DNA from: Azolla caroliniana
Taxonomy: Eukaryota > Plantae > Polypodiophyta
DNA length: 64,000 nt
Assembly: GCA_043228905.1 (NCBI GenBank)
Contig: JBHGNT010000012.1
Location: 496,001 to 560,000, forward strand
Reading direction: 5' to 3'
Below, one piece after another: positions 25,201-38,830 of the stretch. Each line of letters starts with the position of its first letter. The stretch's first letter is position 1. The translations under genes and the position numbers were made by a program. The notes beneath the pieces were generated by a model. It did not search any database, was not told the DNA's origin, and worked only from the letters and a program-made list of their open reading frames with translations.

Positions 25201-25305
25201 GAGGTTCATGCAAGTTGGGGTTTGGAAACTGCCTTTCTTGTTCCTAATGGTGTTGGATCAAATGTTTCCCTTCAGCCACCACCTTCAGATTTCCCAACTT
25301 GTTGA
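22276..25305 (+). CDS. LAC: Laccase (multicopper oxidase); exons 22276-22410, 22917-23071, 23179-23423, 23792-23920, 24070-25050, 25175-25305
   Basis: Signal peptide; all four copper motifs ([32 protein letters not shown] with axial Leu); C-terminus PPPSDFPTC; GT-AG introns keep the frame. Confidence 0.95.
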
Positions 25306-26289
25306 ATGTTGAGGAATTACAACCTATGACAACAAAGTTTTCGTGTTTCGACTCTCTTCTAAGTGAGTATCGGATTGATATGGATTTGGACGTGGGTGAT
25401 CTATTCATTTTAAACAATAAAGTGATTTTCACATGTTCGGGGATATTTTTTTAAACCCCGAACGAGAGGTTCCTTTTTTTGTAATCAATTTGTCAAAATG
25501 TTCTACTCGAACACAATTCACCTTTTGTAAATAAGATGTGTCATTCAATGTGATTTTTGTTTCAAAAGGAATGGTGGATGATAGTTCACATTTGTTTGCA
25601 AAATGAAAAGGAATGAAATCCTACAACTCTACCCTAAGTACTAATTATAGTTGTAGAACTTTAGGCCCTGGGGTATGTTATAGAGGGCATGGAAGTGTAC
25701 CTTAGATTAGAGTTGCATAGCATCTGGGAGCACATCTCAAGTTTGGTAAGGCACTAAAAGTCTCTTTATGATGTGGATTGTTTCAATTTCCCAACATTTT
25801 TTCGACGTTTTTTTTGTCTGGTGTGAACATCATTTTATGTCTTATTCTAGTTTTACAACAAAGATGTTGGTAGTACCACTAGAAACAACCCATCTTTTTG
25901 TAGTATAAACCACCCATCCATCTCCATTATGCCGATATTACAACAAGTGCGAGAGAAGATTCAAATGAGCACAACTTGATGGGTTACATTGTGTCAAGTT
26001 GCCATGAGGTTTAAGATAGGTTCACACAAACACATATATACCCACCAAGCCAATACATTATAGCATCAAAGTCATGAATTTGATAGAGCCCAAGTTCAAT
26101 TCTGGCTACGGGCTAGATCATGTCTTAAAGGTTATCATAATTAGCTTACCCTTGTGGTAAGTTGCTATAGTACACACACTTGAAACCCAATTTCCTTACC
26201 TCTATATTACTTCATACGTATTTCTTAATTCCCTTCCTTAAATCCTGACTTTTGTTGGCCTCCTATCTCACCCTTGATCCCCAACACGA

Positions 26290-27242
26290 AATGGTTCGAT
26301 CTCCATGATGTGAAGAGATCATATATTTTGATGATGTTAAGATATCTCATTCTAACAGTGTGAAGTTATCACAATCTGATAATGCAAAGCATTTACATTT
26401 GGATGACGTGAAGTGATCAGATGGAAATTATGTGGCGCAATCACATTTCAATGAAGTGAAATTATCACATATAGATGATGATGTGCCAAATGCAAATAAA
26501 TCACATGTAGATGTTATTCCAAAAACAAATAAAGTGTGTTTTGGTAATGTTATGAGTTCACATTTCAATGATGTAAAGCGATGAGAATTCAACGATGTGA
26601 AGCAATCTCATTTCGGTGATGTTGTTGAAAAAGTTGTTGCTATCCTCTCCAGAAATCCGTGGAGTGATTTTGTCATTGAAGATTTGAACAAATCAAACGT
26701 TTATTTGAACTCATATCTTGTGGTTTCCATTTTGATGGCTCTTCCAAACCCAAACACTGCACTCGGACTTCCACTAAGCTTTTTGAGATTCTTGAGGAAG
26801 CAAAGGATTTCAAGACCATAGATTTTTTCATGGAACACTAGTTAAGGATCAAGTTAGCTTGATACCAAATGCTTTCACAGCTATTGCCAGGGCCTATGCT
26901 AATGTTGGAATGCTTGAAGCTTCTGTCACAGCCTTTGAAAGGATGGAGAAATATGACTGTATTCCCAATTCCCATTCATTTAACATAATGATTGCTGCAT
27001 TAGTGAAAGCAGGGTTTCCAAAACAAGCCTATGGGATGTATGATAAAATGTTTCAACATGTTTTTTTAACAAACTTGTATATATGTAACCTTATTATTGA
27101 TTCCTTCTGGCAAGAAGAGAAGATGCCAGGAGATGTTGTTGCATTATTTAAGATGATGAAAGAAAAGGGAGAACTGCCCAATATAAACACTTACAATTTC
27201 CTTGCCAAAGGCCTTTCAAAAGTAGGTGAGGGAAGATGTTAA
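26290..27242 (+). pseudogene. P-class PPR pseudogene with an N-terminal 24-nt repeat
   Basis: VVEKVVAILSRNPWS... then PPR motifs (AFTAIARAYANVGMLEAS, SFNIMIAALVKAG, TYNFLAKGLSKVG); stops and frameshifts; truncated. Confidence 0.8.
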
Positions 27243-28000
27243 GTTATGTGATTTAATCAAATTTAGTTATAACTAAATCTGAGAGAGAATTTTGGAACTA
27301 CTTTATAAAGCACACTTTGGACAGTAACCATAAGCCAAATCCCGACTCTAATAAGCATAAAGATAATGTCAAGAGGAATCCTGTATATATCAATAATTCC
27401 ATAGAGCAGTAAATCGCAATGAAACTAACATCCCATGCAGTGAAGTTCTGGCTACACAATACAATACAAATATAAAAGTAAAGTATTGGCAACAGTGATA
27501 AGGGTTCGGCCCAATTTGTGAGAAACCAATTAAATGAAATGGAACTATATGTTATGGTGCACAATACAAATGTAATGTAGAGGAAACCCAGCAATGATAA
27601 GGTTTCAATCCAATTTATAAAAAACCATGTGATAATAAATTCCACCATCAAGAGCATGATTTACTTCTCATACATGTCTAAAATGATCTTCAAATCATCA
27701 ATCAAAGAGAAGACTGCAATTTTATTTGCATGTCTATACATGTTTTGTCAAAAGAAGATTGTGATGATATCATTTGCACACACACACACACACACATATA
27801 TACACGTGGTTGGTTTATAAATGGTAGTTGCTGAAACGTAATGTTCAAGTGCATTTTAGGTATATGGTACACAGTAATCATACTTGCATATTGAGAATAC
27901 TCTGAAATATCTTATTTCTCCAAATGCCCCTCATTTCTCATTCTTTCCCCAAATACACTTGGTAAGTCCTTCTCTAAGTTTTTCTTTTAAATATTTAGCA

Positions 28001-30721
28001 TTACTCCCATATGTTAGACATCAAGACATACACAGCAGCTTTTTCTGGATTTAGAGATACAGCATGATCAAATGCATATTTTCCTAGCTTAAAGTTTCCA
28101 TGCTTTTGGCATGCACCCAACAAACTCAGCCACATCTCTAGATTTGGCTCTATATATGACAACATATCATCTACCTTTGAAAAATCACCAGCACGCGCAA
28201 GAAGATCGACTACACTTGCATAATGCATAATGTCTATAGTCAAACCATAATCTTTCATCTGAAAGAGACACTGAATACATTTATCCACACTTCCAGTATG
28301 ACCGAAAACCGATATGATAGCCTGAATTGTAACTTCATTCGGTGTGATATTCTCCTCTAACATTCTTTCAAAATTCTTGATGCTGGAAACATAGTCTCCT
28401 ACTTGTGAATATCCAACAACCAAGGTTGACCATGATACCACGGTGGGGACAAGAACTGAGTTAAAGGTTGCTTGTGCATCATCCATCTGTGCACATGTAC
28501 CATATGCATCTATCAGAGTATTGGCCATGAGAAGGCTCTGATCAAGTCCCGATGATATGGCCATAAAATGAACGTGCATGCACATCTCAACACTACCCAA
28601 CTTGCTGTAAGCTTGCAAAATGCATACAAGTGTAATTTCACTTAAGAGTATGTCTCTCTCTGTCATGGTGTTGTAGATATCCAAAGCCTCTTCTAAAAGC
28701 CCGTGATCCACATATGCCAAAAGAAGTGTGGTCCATGACACAATATCATGGTGAAACAAGCTTTCGAAGACCTTTCGGCAACACGTGATGTTCCCACATT
28801 TCCCATACATATTAAGAAGTGCATTTCCAACAGAAGTACTATAATCAAATCCCTTTTTCTGAGCTTCAGCATGAAGTGCATAACCAGACATCAAAGGTAT
28901 CAACTTCGATGGCTGGACTTCATTTATCGGAGTGTTTTTGTGCTCAGCAAGTCGACAACATGCTTGAAGGGAAATTATAAGAGACTCTTCATTAGGAGTC
29001 CTTCCTACTATTGAAATGTGACTAAAAAGACCCAAACAATTCTCTTCCTCACCTTGATCAATATATGCAGAAAGCATGGCATTCCATGACACAATGCTGG
29101 GCTCATGCAATCGATTGAAAGCAATCTCAGCCAACAAGGATGATCCACACTTTCCATATAACTTGACAAGTGTAGTGCCAACGTAGACATCTAAATCAAA
29201 TCCAGCATTCAACGCATCAACATGTAATGCCCAACAAAAGTTCAAACACACATTGGAAGATCGATTTTCTTCAATATATTCCTCCTTTTCCACCACCTTA
29301 CAACATGCTTGAAACGTGATAACAAATGTCCGTGCATCTGGACTAATATCCTTCATGTGCATTTCATGATATAGCTGCAGTGCTTCCTCTTCTAGGCCAT
29401 GATCAGCACATGCTGAGATAAGGGTGTTCCATGACACTTTATCCACATGCGATGACGCACTAAACATGCTAAGAACATCTTTTATGGTTCCACATTTTGC
29501 ATACATTGAGATTAATGCATTCAAAACAAATAGCTTTTTATCAAAGAATGTTCTCCTTGCATCGCTATGTATCGCCCGCCCTAACTCTAGAGGACAAATT
29601 CGGTGTTCGCTATCACTTACATGATCATCCATTTCTTTTAGAATACAGCAAACCTGAAGGGCAATAACAAATGTCCTATCATTAGGTTCCATGCCTTCTT
29701 CATAGATTTGTCGATATGTCTGTATTGCTTTTTCAGCATAGTACTGATCGAGGTATGCCGATAAAATCGCATTCCAAGAAACAATATCTCGTCGTGATAG
29801 ACTATAAAACGCATTCTCTGCTTTTGTGATGTCTCCACACTTGCCATACATACTAATGAGTGAATTTCCAACAAAATTGTTGCAGTCAAGGTTCTTTTCT
29901 TGTGCATAGGCATGCAATGCCTTGCCATTATCAAGGTCACATAAGTAGCTACATGCCTTAAATAGGCTAACAAAGGTATATGTGTTTGGCTCAACTCCTT
30001 CTTTTAGCATATACTTGTAAAGCTCTAAAGCTTCTTGACCCCTTCCACACTCAGTAAACCCCCTGATGAATGTGGTCCATGTAAAAACAGTCCTGTTGGG
30101 CACAGTGTAAAATATCTGAAGTGCATCTTCTATCCTACCACATTTAACCAAAGTATTCACTAGGTTTTCTAGGGAAAAGTCGTCAGAAACTGCATCTTTG
30201 AACAGAAAATGGTCGATATTTTCTGCCATTGTTTTTATCTGACCACTACTAACTGAAGTAATCACCTGATTTTCTATGGAAAATGTATCAGAATTCACAT
30301 CTTTGATGTTGCAGATGTGCTGAAAATGGTCTACATTATCCATCGTCTCTTCTAGCATATCACATTTGACTGAAATGTTCAACCTATGTTCTATGGAGAA
30401 GGCACCAGACTTTACATCTTGTTGAAAATTGCCAATATTCTCTGTTTTTCCTTCTATCCTATTACATTTAACCAGAGTACTCATCTCATTTTCTGTTGGA
30501 AATACATTGAGATTCACATTTTTGACATCAAAGTTGCGCATTAAATGGTTGATATTCTCGGTCATCTCTTCAACATTACCAGGTTTAACTGAAGAAGTCA
30601 TCAGAGTTGACACATCACAATTCACATTTTTGATACTGCAGTTGTCCCAACAACGATCAAGATACACATTCATCTCTTCTATCCTACCACATTTAACCAA
30701 GTTATTCATACAATCCATCAT
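28001..30721 (-). CDS. PLS-class PPR protein ending in a truncated E domain (putative organellar RNA-editing factor)
   Basis: 906-aa ORF with P-L-S triplets (VGNSLISMYGKCG, DIVSWNAIL, PNTYTFVSLFKAC), HYASVVDLLARAG, WLSLLGACQKHG, ending AAVYVLMSNIWE*; no DYW domain; true start uncertain. Confidence 0.88.
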   Translation of the reverse strand: MMDCMNNLVKCGRIEEMNVYLDRCWDNCSIKNVNCDVSTLMTSSVKPGNVEEMTENINHLMRNFDVKNVNLNVFPTENEMSTLVKCNRIEGKTENIGNFQQDVKSGAFSIEHRLNISVKCDMLEETMDNVDHFQHICNIKDVNSDTFSIENQVITSVSSGQIKTMAENIDHFLFKDAVSDDFSLENLVNTLVKCGRIEDALQIFYTVPNRTVFTWTTFIRGFTECGRGQEALELYKYMLKEGVEPNTYTFVSLFKACSYLCDLDNGKALHAYAQEKNLDCNNFVGNSLISMYGKCGDITKAENAFYSLSRRDIVSWNAILSAYLDQYYAEKAIQTYRQIYEEGMEPNDRTFVIALQVCCILKEMDDHVSDSEHRICPLELGRAIHSDARRTFFDKKLFVLNALISMYAKCGTIKDVLSMFSASSHVDKVSWNTLISACADHGLEEEALQLYHEMHMKDISPDARTFVITFQACCKVVEKEEYIEENRSSNVCLNFCWALHVDALNAGFDLDVYVGTTLVKLYGKCGSSLLAEIAFNRLHEPSIVSWNAMLSAYIDQGEEENCLGLFSHISIVGRTPNEESLIISLQACCRLAEHKNTPINEVQPSKLIPLMSGYALHAEAQKKGFDYSTSVGNALLNMYGKCGNITCCRKVFESLFHHDIVSWTTLLLAYVDHGLLEEALDIYNTMTERDILLSEITLVCILQAYSKLGSVEMCMHVHFMAISSGLDQSLLMANTLIDAYGTCAQMDDAQATFNSVLVPTVVSWSTLVVGYSQVGDYVSSIKNFERMLEENITPNEVTIQAIISVFGHTGSVDKCIQCLFQMKDYGLTIDIMHYASVVDLLARAGDFSKVDDMLSYIEPNLEMWLSLLGACQKHGNFKLGKYAFDHAVSLNPEKAAVYVLMSNIWE

Positions 30722-32299
30722 TTCTTCTATCCTACGATATTAACCAGAGAACTCAACCAATTACCTATGGAAAATGCATTAAAGTTTTCATTTTTGACAC
30801 TGCAGTAGTGCAGAAAATGGTTGATATTCCCCACTGTCTCTTCTATCCTATGATGTTATACCAAAAAGGCATCAGATTCCAGATCTTTGACATCACAGTT
30901 GTGCAGGAAATGTTTCATATCCTCTGCAATTCTCCCTGCCGATAAGGGGTGCATATATGGTGTTTCTAATGATGAAGTTAAATGCATAGCAGTAAAAGCG
31001 GTGTTTTCAATCATGATAACGATCACCTGATGTGGAACTATCTCTTCTTCCACATAATTTAATCATCAACCCTTCCTTTGCACATTGAGGAATATCATCT
31101 AAGGTCGACTGCCTCTTCTTCCATACAATATCAACTTTAATCTCTGCATTACACGATAGTAATGATTGATTGACGGGAAACAATCTTAATTCCATAGAGT
31201 TTGAGCTTTAATCTCCTCAATCCACCATGGAAAAGACCAAAACATGTGAAAACATATCTTCAACATAGTTTTTGAGCTTGAATATATTCTTTCCACCATG
31301 ACAAAGATAAACTGATGTGAAGTTATCTCTTCGTCCATGAAATTTGATCCTCGATCCCGTTAAGAGATGCATGGGGGGTTATCAGAAAAACAAACCGATC
31401 CTAACAAAGGAGAAGGAAGAAAACAAAAGAATAAATAAAACAGAAGGAATGGAGCAGAGCAATTACCTTAACGAAGAAGAAGAGAGCATCATCGCCATAG
31501 CCAAACACACTATGACAAAAAGTAGCCTAATGTACATACATACAAATACGTATGTATAATTTTGGTAAAATTATACGTAGTTTCCTTTATTTCCAAATAT
31601 GTCCCCAACCTTTGTTTCTCCTTTTGGCCTATTTCCCCCGGTACCCCTCCACCCCACACTATTGAGAGAGAGAGAGAGAGAGAGAGATGAAACTCTAGTA
31701 CCAATGTAGGCCTCCTGTTACAAGCATTTTAGCTCCCAGAAGTTGCGTTTGTAGCGTTCATCAATTCAGTTCTTTTGTGTGTAGGCGGGCGACTCTCCAG
31801 ACACTCCCTTGACCGCCCCTGTATCATACTCTAACCCAATAGTTCCCACCACTTTTATGGGGTTGAGCTTCAAGATCATTGGCCTACCAACCAGTTTTAA
31901 ACTATTTGAAGGCCATTGTAAATTAGGCCATGTGGCTAGTTTTATCCACCTACAAAGGTCACCTATTACTAAAAGTGTGGGGCCGTAAGAAAGGGGAGCG
32001 CAATAAGTAGTTCTAGAGCTTTAAGTTTAATGGTCGCCCCAATATGAATTGGGACAATCGCTTTGCAAAGGAGATATATAAAAGTCAATTTTCTTGCCTT
32101 CCTCAACTCCTCTTCTTGAATCTTGTGTTTTCTTCCCTCTTATAATCTAAGTGAAAACTCTCTCCCTCTTTCTCTCATGATTGTATGTGAGGAGCATTAA
32201 GTGTTATTAAGCCAAACATAGATCACTCTCCCTTTTTAACGTTGTCGTAAAGATTTCCGGCTACAGTGAAAAAACTAGATGGAATGGGCAAAGTCGGCA

Positions 32300-32950
32300 A
32301 TGTGCAACATGTGCACGTGTACATTAGGAAATTGTAAATAGAAATAAGGAAATGTAAAGGGGTGCTAAGACGCACGGGAGTTAGCGAAGCACTTGCATAC
32401 GTAGTGAGGGTGTTTAATGTACCTCCCCGAAAATCATGGCAAGATATCTCCTCTGAAAAAGAGGAAGATTTGTCCCATATTGTAACGTACCTCTCTCCTT
32501 GGGCTATAAAAGGAGGGAGGGGCCCCTTATAAAGGGGTTCCCCGGTTTTTGTTAGTTCCCTACCTTTGGTTTTGGGGTTCCATTTTCTTTGTGTCAAATG
32601 TGTTTGGGTGTTTGGTTTTTAGTCCGGTTTAGAACTCGTATGTTCGATTGGTTTCATTTCTGCTCTGTCTCTTGTGGAAGACCCCGCTCAACGCGACGAG
32701 CTCGTGAGCTCCCTGACCGGCGGCTTGGCTACAAACAGCTTATGTAACCCGACCTACTTTAGTCTGGCTTGAAGCCAGAGATGTACTCTGTTTTCTTTTC
32801 CTGTAAATACATATAAGAAGGGTTGTGCATATTTGTGCCTTCTCGGTATCATTGGTACTTTGTTTCTTTTTTGTTTTGTATACAACGAGTGCTTGTTGAG
32901 TTTTCTGTGTCGAAGTGTTTCTTTCCCTTTTGCTTATTGTACATAAGCGG
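32300..32950 (+). mobile_element. LTR-like remnant
   Basis: GCTATAAAAGGAGGG TATA at ~32503 followed by T-rich R/U5-like sequence; boundaries and TSD not resolved. Confidence 0.35.
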
Positions 32951-34741
32951 TGTGTGTCGAGTGAGCGTTGTTCGTGTGCCTTCTCCTCCTCTCATTTAGT
33001 TCATATCTACTGTGTATCCGGAAATGCCCGATTGGTACCAATGAAGTAGTCTTTCCTCCTTCATCTCTCTCCGGTTCAAGACCCTGGTGGGCCCTCCCAG
33101 ATCCGACACATGCACACGGATTTCCGCGACAATGTATTGTGTGTTTCTTATATAAATGAAGTGTGGTTGGTCTTCTTACATAAGACATGCATCTATCGCT
33201 TGAGCCTACATGAGGCATCAATATGTTTCTTAGGGAAAGTTAATGTCTTTGAGAGAGGTGATCGAAATTCAAGAGATTACAGTAAGGGAGGTTAATGGCT
33301 CAAAAGTGATTGGCAATCACTCTTGCCCAACTCGCCATCAATAGGGTATAAATGACAAACAATCTAGACCCCTTTGCCTACAATATTGATGTAGAGATAC
33401 AACTCCGTTGGTATAAAGGCGTGCACTTAGTGCGTACACCTAGAGGTAGGAGAAGGGGCATGGGTGGTCCCATCATAAGGCGTGCTTATTCCAATAGCTT
33501 TTGAAAGAGTAGAGATATATCACCAAAATGAGAATCTCGACATAATCATTGCAATTGTTGGGATCATCAAGAATGAGGGGAGGTGTGCGATCGTGACAAG
33601 GACCATGACCATGACTCAAAGTACACACATTGTGGTTTATATGATCGATACACTATTCCACGCACCTGCACATTTTCCGACAAGTGTGAAATGCCTAAAA
33701 AAGGCCATAGTGTAAAATCATAGGAAAAGTAGTACTAGTCATATTGAATTATGTCATATGTGTTATAGAATAGACAATTAAGCAATATCAAAGAGTGATT
33801 AGATATTAATCAAGATCACTAATCACATATAAAGATAATCTCTAGATAGAGCTCATAGGCTATGCTCTTCTCTATATATTCCAAAATGATTGAGATACAT
33901 AAGTTTTATGACTCACAAGATGATGAGATGCATGCATACTATTTACATCATGGAATCTTGTTAACTAGAGTTTAAGACTAAGATAAGTATAGCACAAAAA
34001 TTTAGAGTACATTTGTTTTCTTCTCTTGTGAAATTCTCGAAATGATCCTTTTTCAAATATTTCTTATTACACAATTTGGATGTCCTATTGAAGCGATTAG
34101 GTTTGGTATTTGAACATGTAGACATCCTAATGAAGTTCTTAATCACATTGATGAGTTAGTTAATTGAACATTTTAATCAAGTAATTGGTCACTAAAGGAA
34201 GCAAATTTTCGTACAAAACAAATATTGACAATGATGATGGGAACAACCATTTATGTTAGGTTGAGCGGGTTTGGTTATAGTTGCAAAGGTTGAAGGGTGA
34301 TAACTAAGATTCTCATAGTGCCATGTTGGTGGAAAATGCCATCAACTAGGACTTCAATTCATGTGGAGCCTAATACATAATTGCCTTTTTCCTCCATAAT
34401 AATATTGTTACCTTCTACCTCCTTTGAATCTCACTTTATTCTTTCTCTACTTTATCACGGTAACATGTTTGCCATCATCAACCCAAAATTACAAGAGACA
34501 AAAAACATAAAAAAAAGTGGTAAAAAAATTTGAGGTTCAGATGTCAACATCGGCAACTTGCCTAAGAAACAAAGACTACAACAATAATCTAGAAATATAG
34601 GCAACATTAACTAGAAGTGAAACACATGTTTTGATGATTTTGGCACGAGACATAAAGCTTCATCCATCATGAAGACGTGGAGATGAATCGGATCGAAGTA
34701 ATGAATATATTACATAACATTACATTACAAATGTATGAATG

Positions 34742-35680
34742 TTTTTTTTTTCCCAAAAAAAAACTCCTTCCATTAGTTATAAAATTTTACAAATGAGATG
34801 ATTATGTACAAATCCATGTAAGGACACGATAGTTCCATCTTATGTGGATGCCCACTGACTCAAGAAAGGGAGAGGACGACCATTGTTGGATGAAGGCTAT
34901 TTGTTGTCTTTCAACTCCATCAGAGTTGCCCTTGAGGCCATCATATTGGCTCTTTAGAGTGGCTACAATTTCACTCCATATCTTTTGTAGTAACATTGTT
35001 GGTTACGCGGTTTGGTTGGAGAAGACCCATCTACGTCGTTGTTTCCATAGAATCCAAAGAGTTATTGGGTTGACCAATTCCAACACAACTTGAGATTTGT
35101 CATTAAGAGGAGTTGAGTGGACATTGCCGATGGTGGAGAAAAAAACCTCGTGTGCTTTTATCACCAAAGCCATCCCCTCCTCTTGATGCTCATATCTGCC
35201 AACTAGGATCTGCCATGATAGCCAACATATATTTCCCCACTTGATTGAGCCTTGCACTTGGCATAATTGCAACAAGCGGCCAACCCCCCACCATATTCGA
35301 TGGGACATTGGGCAGTCTCATAGAGCGTGTCATATTGATTCTAGTGCATTTGGACACTCTACACAATTAGGAGAGCTAAGGTTCCCACATTGCCATGCTC
35401 CCACCGGTAGTGACTTATGTATTAATAGCCATTGGAACGTGGTAATTTGCCTCGCGTGTTGTTGTTTCCAGATTTTCTACCAAAACTTGGTGATAATTGT
35501 GGGAGGAACTTGAAATGTGTGCCAAACCTTCACAGTAGCCAGCTCTCGGGCGGTTTGAGCAGCTAGAATGTGGCGACCCAATCTAGTTGTGAATTGGAAG
35601 AAAGGGATGGGTTTGCTTCCTTGCTCCGCGTAAGGATCACGCCATGTCCATTGCAAAGGGTCCCAACTGACCTTACGTAG
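34742..35680 (-). mobile_element. LINE 3' fragment
   Basis: zf-RVT-like CVECPNALESI.HALWDCPMSHRIWW and ITLWILWKQR; stops; T-run at 34742-34751. Confidence 0.8.
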
Positions 35681-37829
35681 CCATGTGTTTATGTATGAAT
35701 GTTTAATGTGTTATAACTTGTATCTAGATTAATATTCAAATTGTTTCCTTCACAAGCTTCAAGGTTCCACATTAGATGATTACATGCTTTTTAAGAGGCC
35801 CAATATTATTAACATTGCAGTTTACAGGGCAATGTCACATATTCACTCTATGTTTATTTATTTCAATCCATAAATTTAAACATATTGATGAATCTACAAG
35901 GATTCATTTGTGGGGACTTCTAAAGTCTCTTATAATGTGTGAAAAGCAAAGTTATCGTCAAGTTATGCTTTCACAACCTAATGTCTCGGTATTCGTCTTT
36001 TCCAATGCAAATGTGTGTAAAGCCATTTTATGTTCAATTACCAATCCCCTATTGATAGTACGTCTTGATTACGTAGGATAGTTTCACACGCAAAACATAT
36101 TCATGGAATTAAAAGGGTGATGGACTTAATTACACCTCAATTCACATGAATTTTGAGCAAACCATCTTATTACCGGTTAGTTCATCATGACATCTAGTAA
36201 GAAGGTATAATTCATTTCTACCAATGGCATCAAATATTAAACATTCAGCTGCTTCTTGTACCGACATAGTAACACACTTTATGAACTTCAGTTTTTATTT
36301 CGTCTCCCTCTAAATATCGTTGCTTTCATAAACTTATTCTTAGCTCTTAAAGGCCAATGCCAATCAATATATTTACCTAATATTTGAGTGTTGTCCCTCG
36401 ATGATAACTATGTGTACTCCTAAATTTTCCCTTTTGTTGGTACTTCCATTGCATTCAAGAATGTGTTGGCTTGGAATTTGATGATATGCATTTACTTACT
36501 TGTAGGGAAAAGTGTGCATCCATTTAATAATTGTTAGCAATGATTTCAATGAAACTTGTACTATGGATTTGCCATAAAACATACAAGCATATGAATTATT
36601 GAATATGAAGATGAAATACAACTTAGTAATCAGAAGTTTATGACTTTATACATCCTACTTTGTAGCTCGTATGATTTGGGCAAGGTTTTAAATATCACAG
36701 TTCGTGGAGGGTCATGACTCATAGCAAATAGTTTCATTTGTTCAAGGTTTCACCTTCATGAAAATTTGAAATGTTTCAACTTTCAAACACGTTGAGGTGA
36801 AAGATTAAACTAAAGGGTGTGTTTATTTGCTTGTTATAGAGCATATAAATAATATCTATAAGACAAGTGGTATTGTCAATCTAATGGACGTATAGAAATG
36901 CCATTCAACACTCTGAAATTTCATGAACAACAATAGCATAAAATTTGCATCACTTGATGGATATATAAATGGTTCTGGTGAAAGGGTTGAATGCCAAATG
37001 AAAGTGTGGTGGCTTGTGAGTGGATCATACATTGAGGAAGTAGACTTTTAAGTAAGTGGACATAATTTCAAATTCAAAGTTGTGGAGAAATCATTGGGTT
37101 TTTTTAATGTAACCATCACAAAATATAATTATCGTCAGCAACTTTTCCACATTTCTATTGTGGACAAATGTAAATGTAACGTCATAAAACTGTTTTGTAG
37201 GAGCAACTTATTTGATCGAACATTCTCAATCTAAAATCATAAACGTTTCTTTTAACAAACACAAGATCAAACCCATTGTAGAAGTGTCGAGCTTTACTAT
37301 GTGCCATGGCCGCAAAACTTATCGTGTGATTGTAAAACACCGAGTACTTTTTATAGTAACACTTTTATTACTAGTGGGAAACCTCAAAGTGAGGTAAAAA
37401 CCCACAAAGAATAAAGAGAAATATACAAGTGTCAATTAGACAGTGAAGAGCTTAAAAGCACTCAAAGTAAAGATTGTAAATTTGTAGTGTGATATCTCTA
37501 AGTTGTAGACAATCAAATAGAGATTGCCCTAGGGATTGCTTAAAGAAGCTAACTTCATGTAGTTGGTTTTCGATCAAAGACCTTATTATTGTGGGTTGTC
37601 CAAATGGTTCCGAGTGCCCAAAATCGTGTCAATTGGAGAAAATAGGCATTGTTGGATAGGGCGCACGGAATTTGTCCAAATATCCAAAAGCGTTTACCAA
37701 ACCCTCAGTGTTATGTACACATAACGTTGGTGAGGGTAGGTCACTAATATTTACATTAGTGAAGGGTATGTTCACTATTATTAAAAAGGGGACTAATGAT
37801 TGGATAGAATGAATGATATGTGCATGCAC

Positions 37830-38179
37830 TATCATGATTTAGACAACCAATGAATAGAGAGCCTTTTAGAAAGGCACATCTATTCAAGGGGCCTAGGAAA
37901 AGGTATAAATATGAGGCTTAGCTACCCTCATAGGAATCACGTCGGAAGGCTGCTGTCGTAGACACCGGTGGTGCGGGCTAGGCTTTCGTCTCGACGATCG
38001 TGTTTATCTCTTCCAAGGTATTAGTCATCCTAATATCCGGCGGTATGGGACGTCGGTGGTAGGTTGGCTATGTCTAGATCATAGCTCGGGGGTGGTCGGG
38101 TGGAACGGGTTCTTCTATCCAATCTATTTTCTTCCTTTTTACTTGATTTGGTCTATTGATTAGTAATAGACTCTTAACA
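37830..38179 (+). repeat. LTR (3' part), closely similar to 61086-61455
   Basis: Shared ...GGCCTAGGAAAAGGTATAAATATGAGGC...CTATTGATTAGTAATA.ACTCTTAACA; ends in CA; may extend left to TG at 37331. Confidence 0.8.
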
Positions 38180-38830
38180 CTCAGCCAAGAAATTTGAGAT
38201 AAAGAGATGCACTTAGTCTTTGTACAAATGTTGTAGTGAATGAGAAAGTCCATGATAAGTGCGGAACCGTTTCCAATTGTCCACCACATCTTGCACAATG
38301 CGGCGAGGCTATCGCTCTCTTTTGAATATTCAACCCAGTCAAGAGCACACCCAATAGGCATTTCCATAGGAATACCAAAGCTCTGTAAGCTTGTAAGCCT
38401 GTTTTTCCACCAGGATTGCGTTTTGTGTAGGTTCCATAATGCATTTGCATGTTCATGAAACCATGGGACATGTTGCAACAACATATGCACTGAATGTGTT
38501 GTAATGTTATGCATTGGAATAACAATGTTCCCTTTTTGTAACATCCAATCCTGAATCCTGCGGTCTCCATCTAGAGGTGGTAGGGGTACTAAGGAAAGTA
38601 CTAACTCTATGATTTCATTCTAGATAATGCGATGATGTGGCCCAAGACTATAACGACATGCCATGTCATAGAAGTGCAATAGGTGACCTTGGTCATTTAC
38701 CACATCTGCAATTGATTTCAGCCTTGTCTTTGCTAAAAAATAAGCTTTCCTAGGCTCTTGTAAAACACTGAGTACACCATTTAGTTGAATTGCATAGTCC
38801 ATTTTAACGAGAAAATCAAAGTTCATGCAC
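38180..38830 (-). mobile_element. LINE fragment (zf-RVT region)
   Basis: FLWKCLLGVLLTG...ASPHCARCGGQLETVPHLSWT; frameshifted. Confidence 0.7.

Noticed and set aside
35700-37300. Possible degenerate DNA-transposon sequence (also 39500-41400)
   Set aside because: No motif, TIR or TSD could be identified by eye
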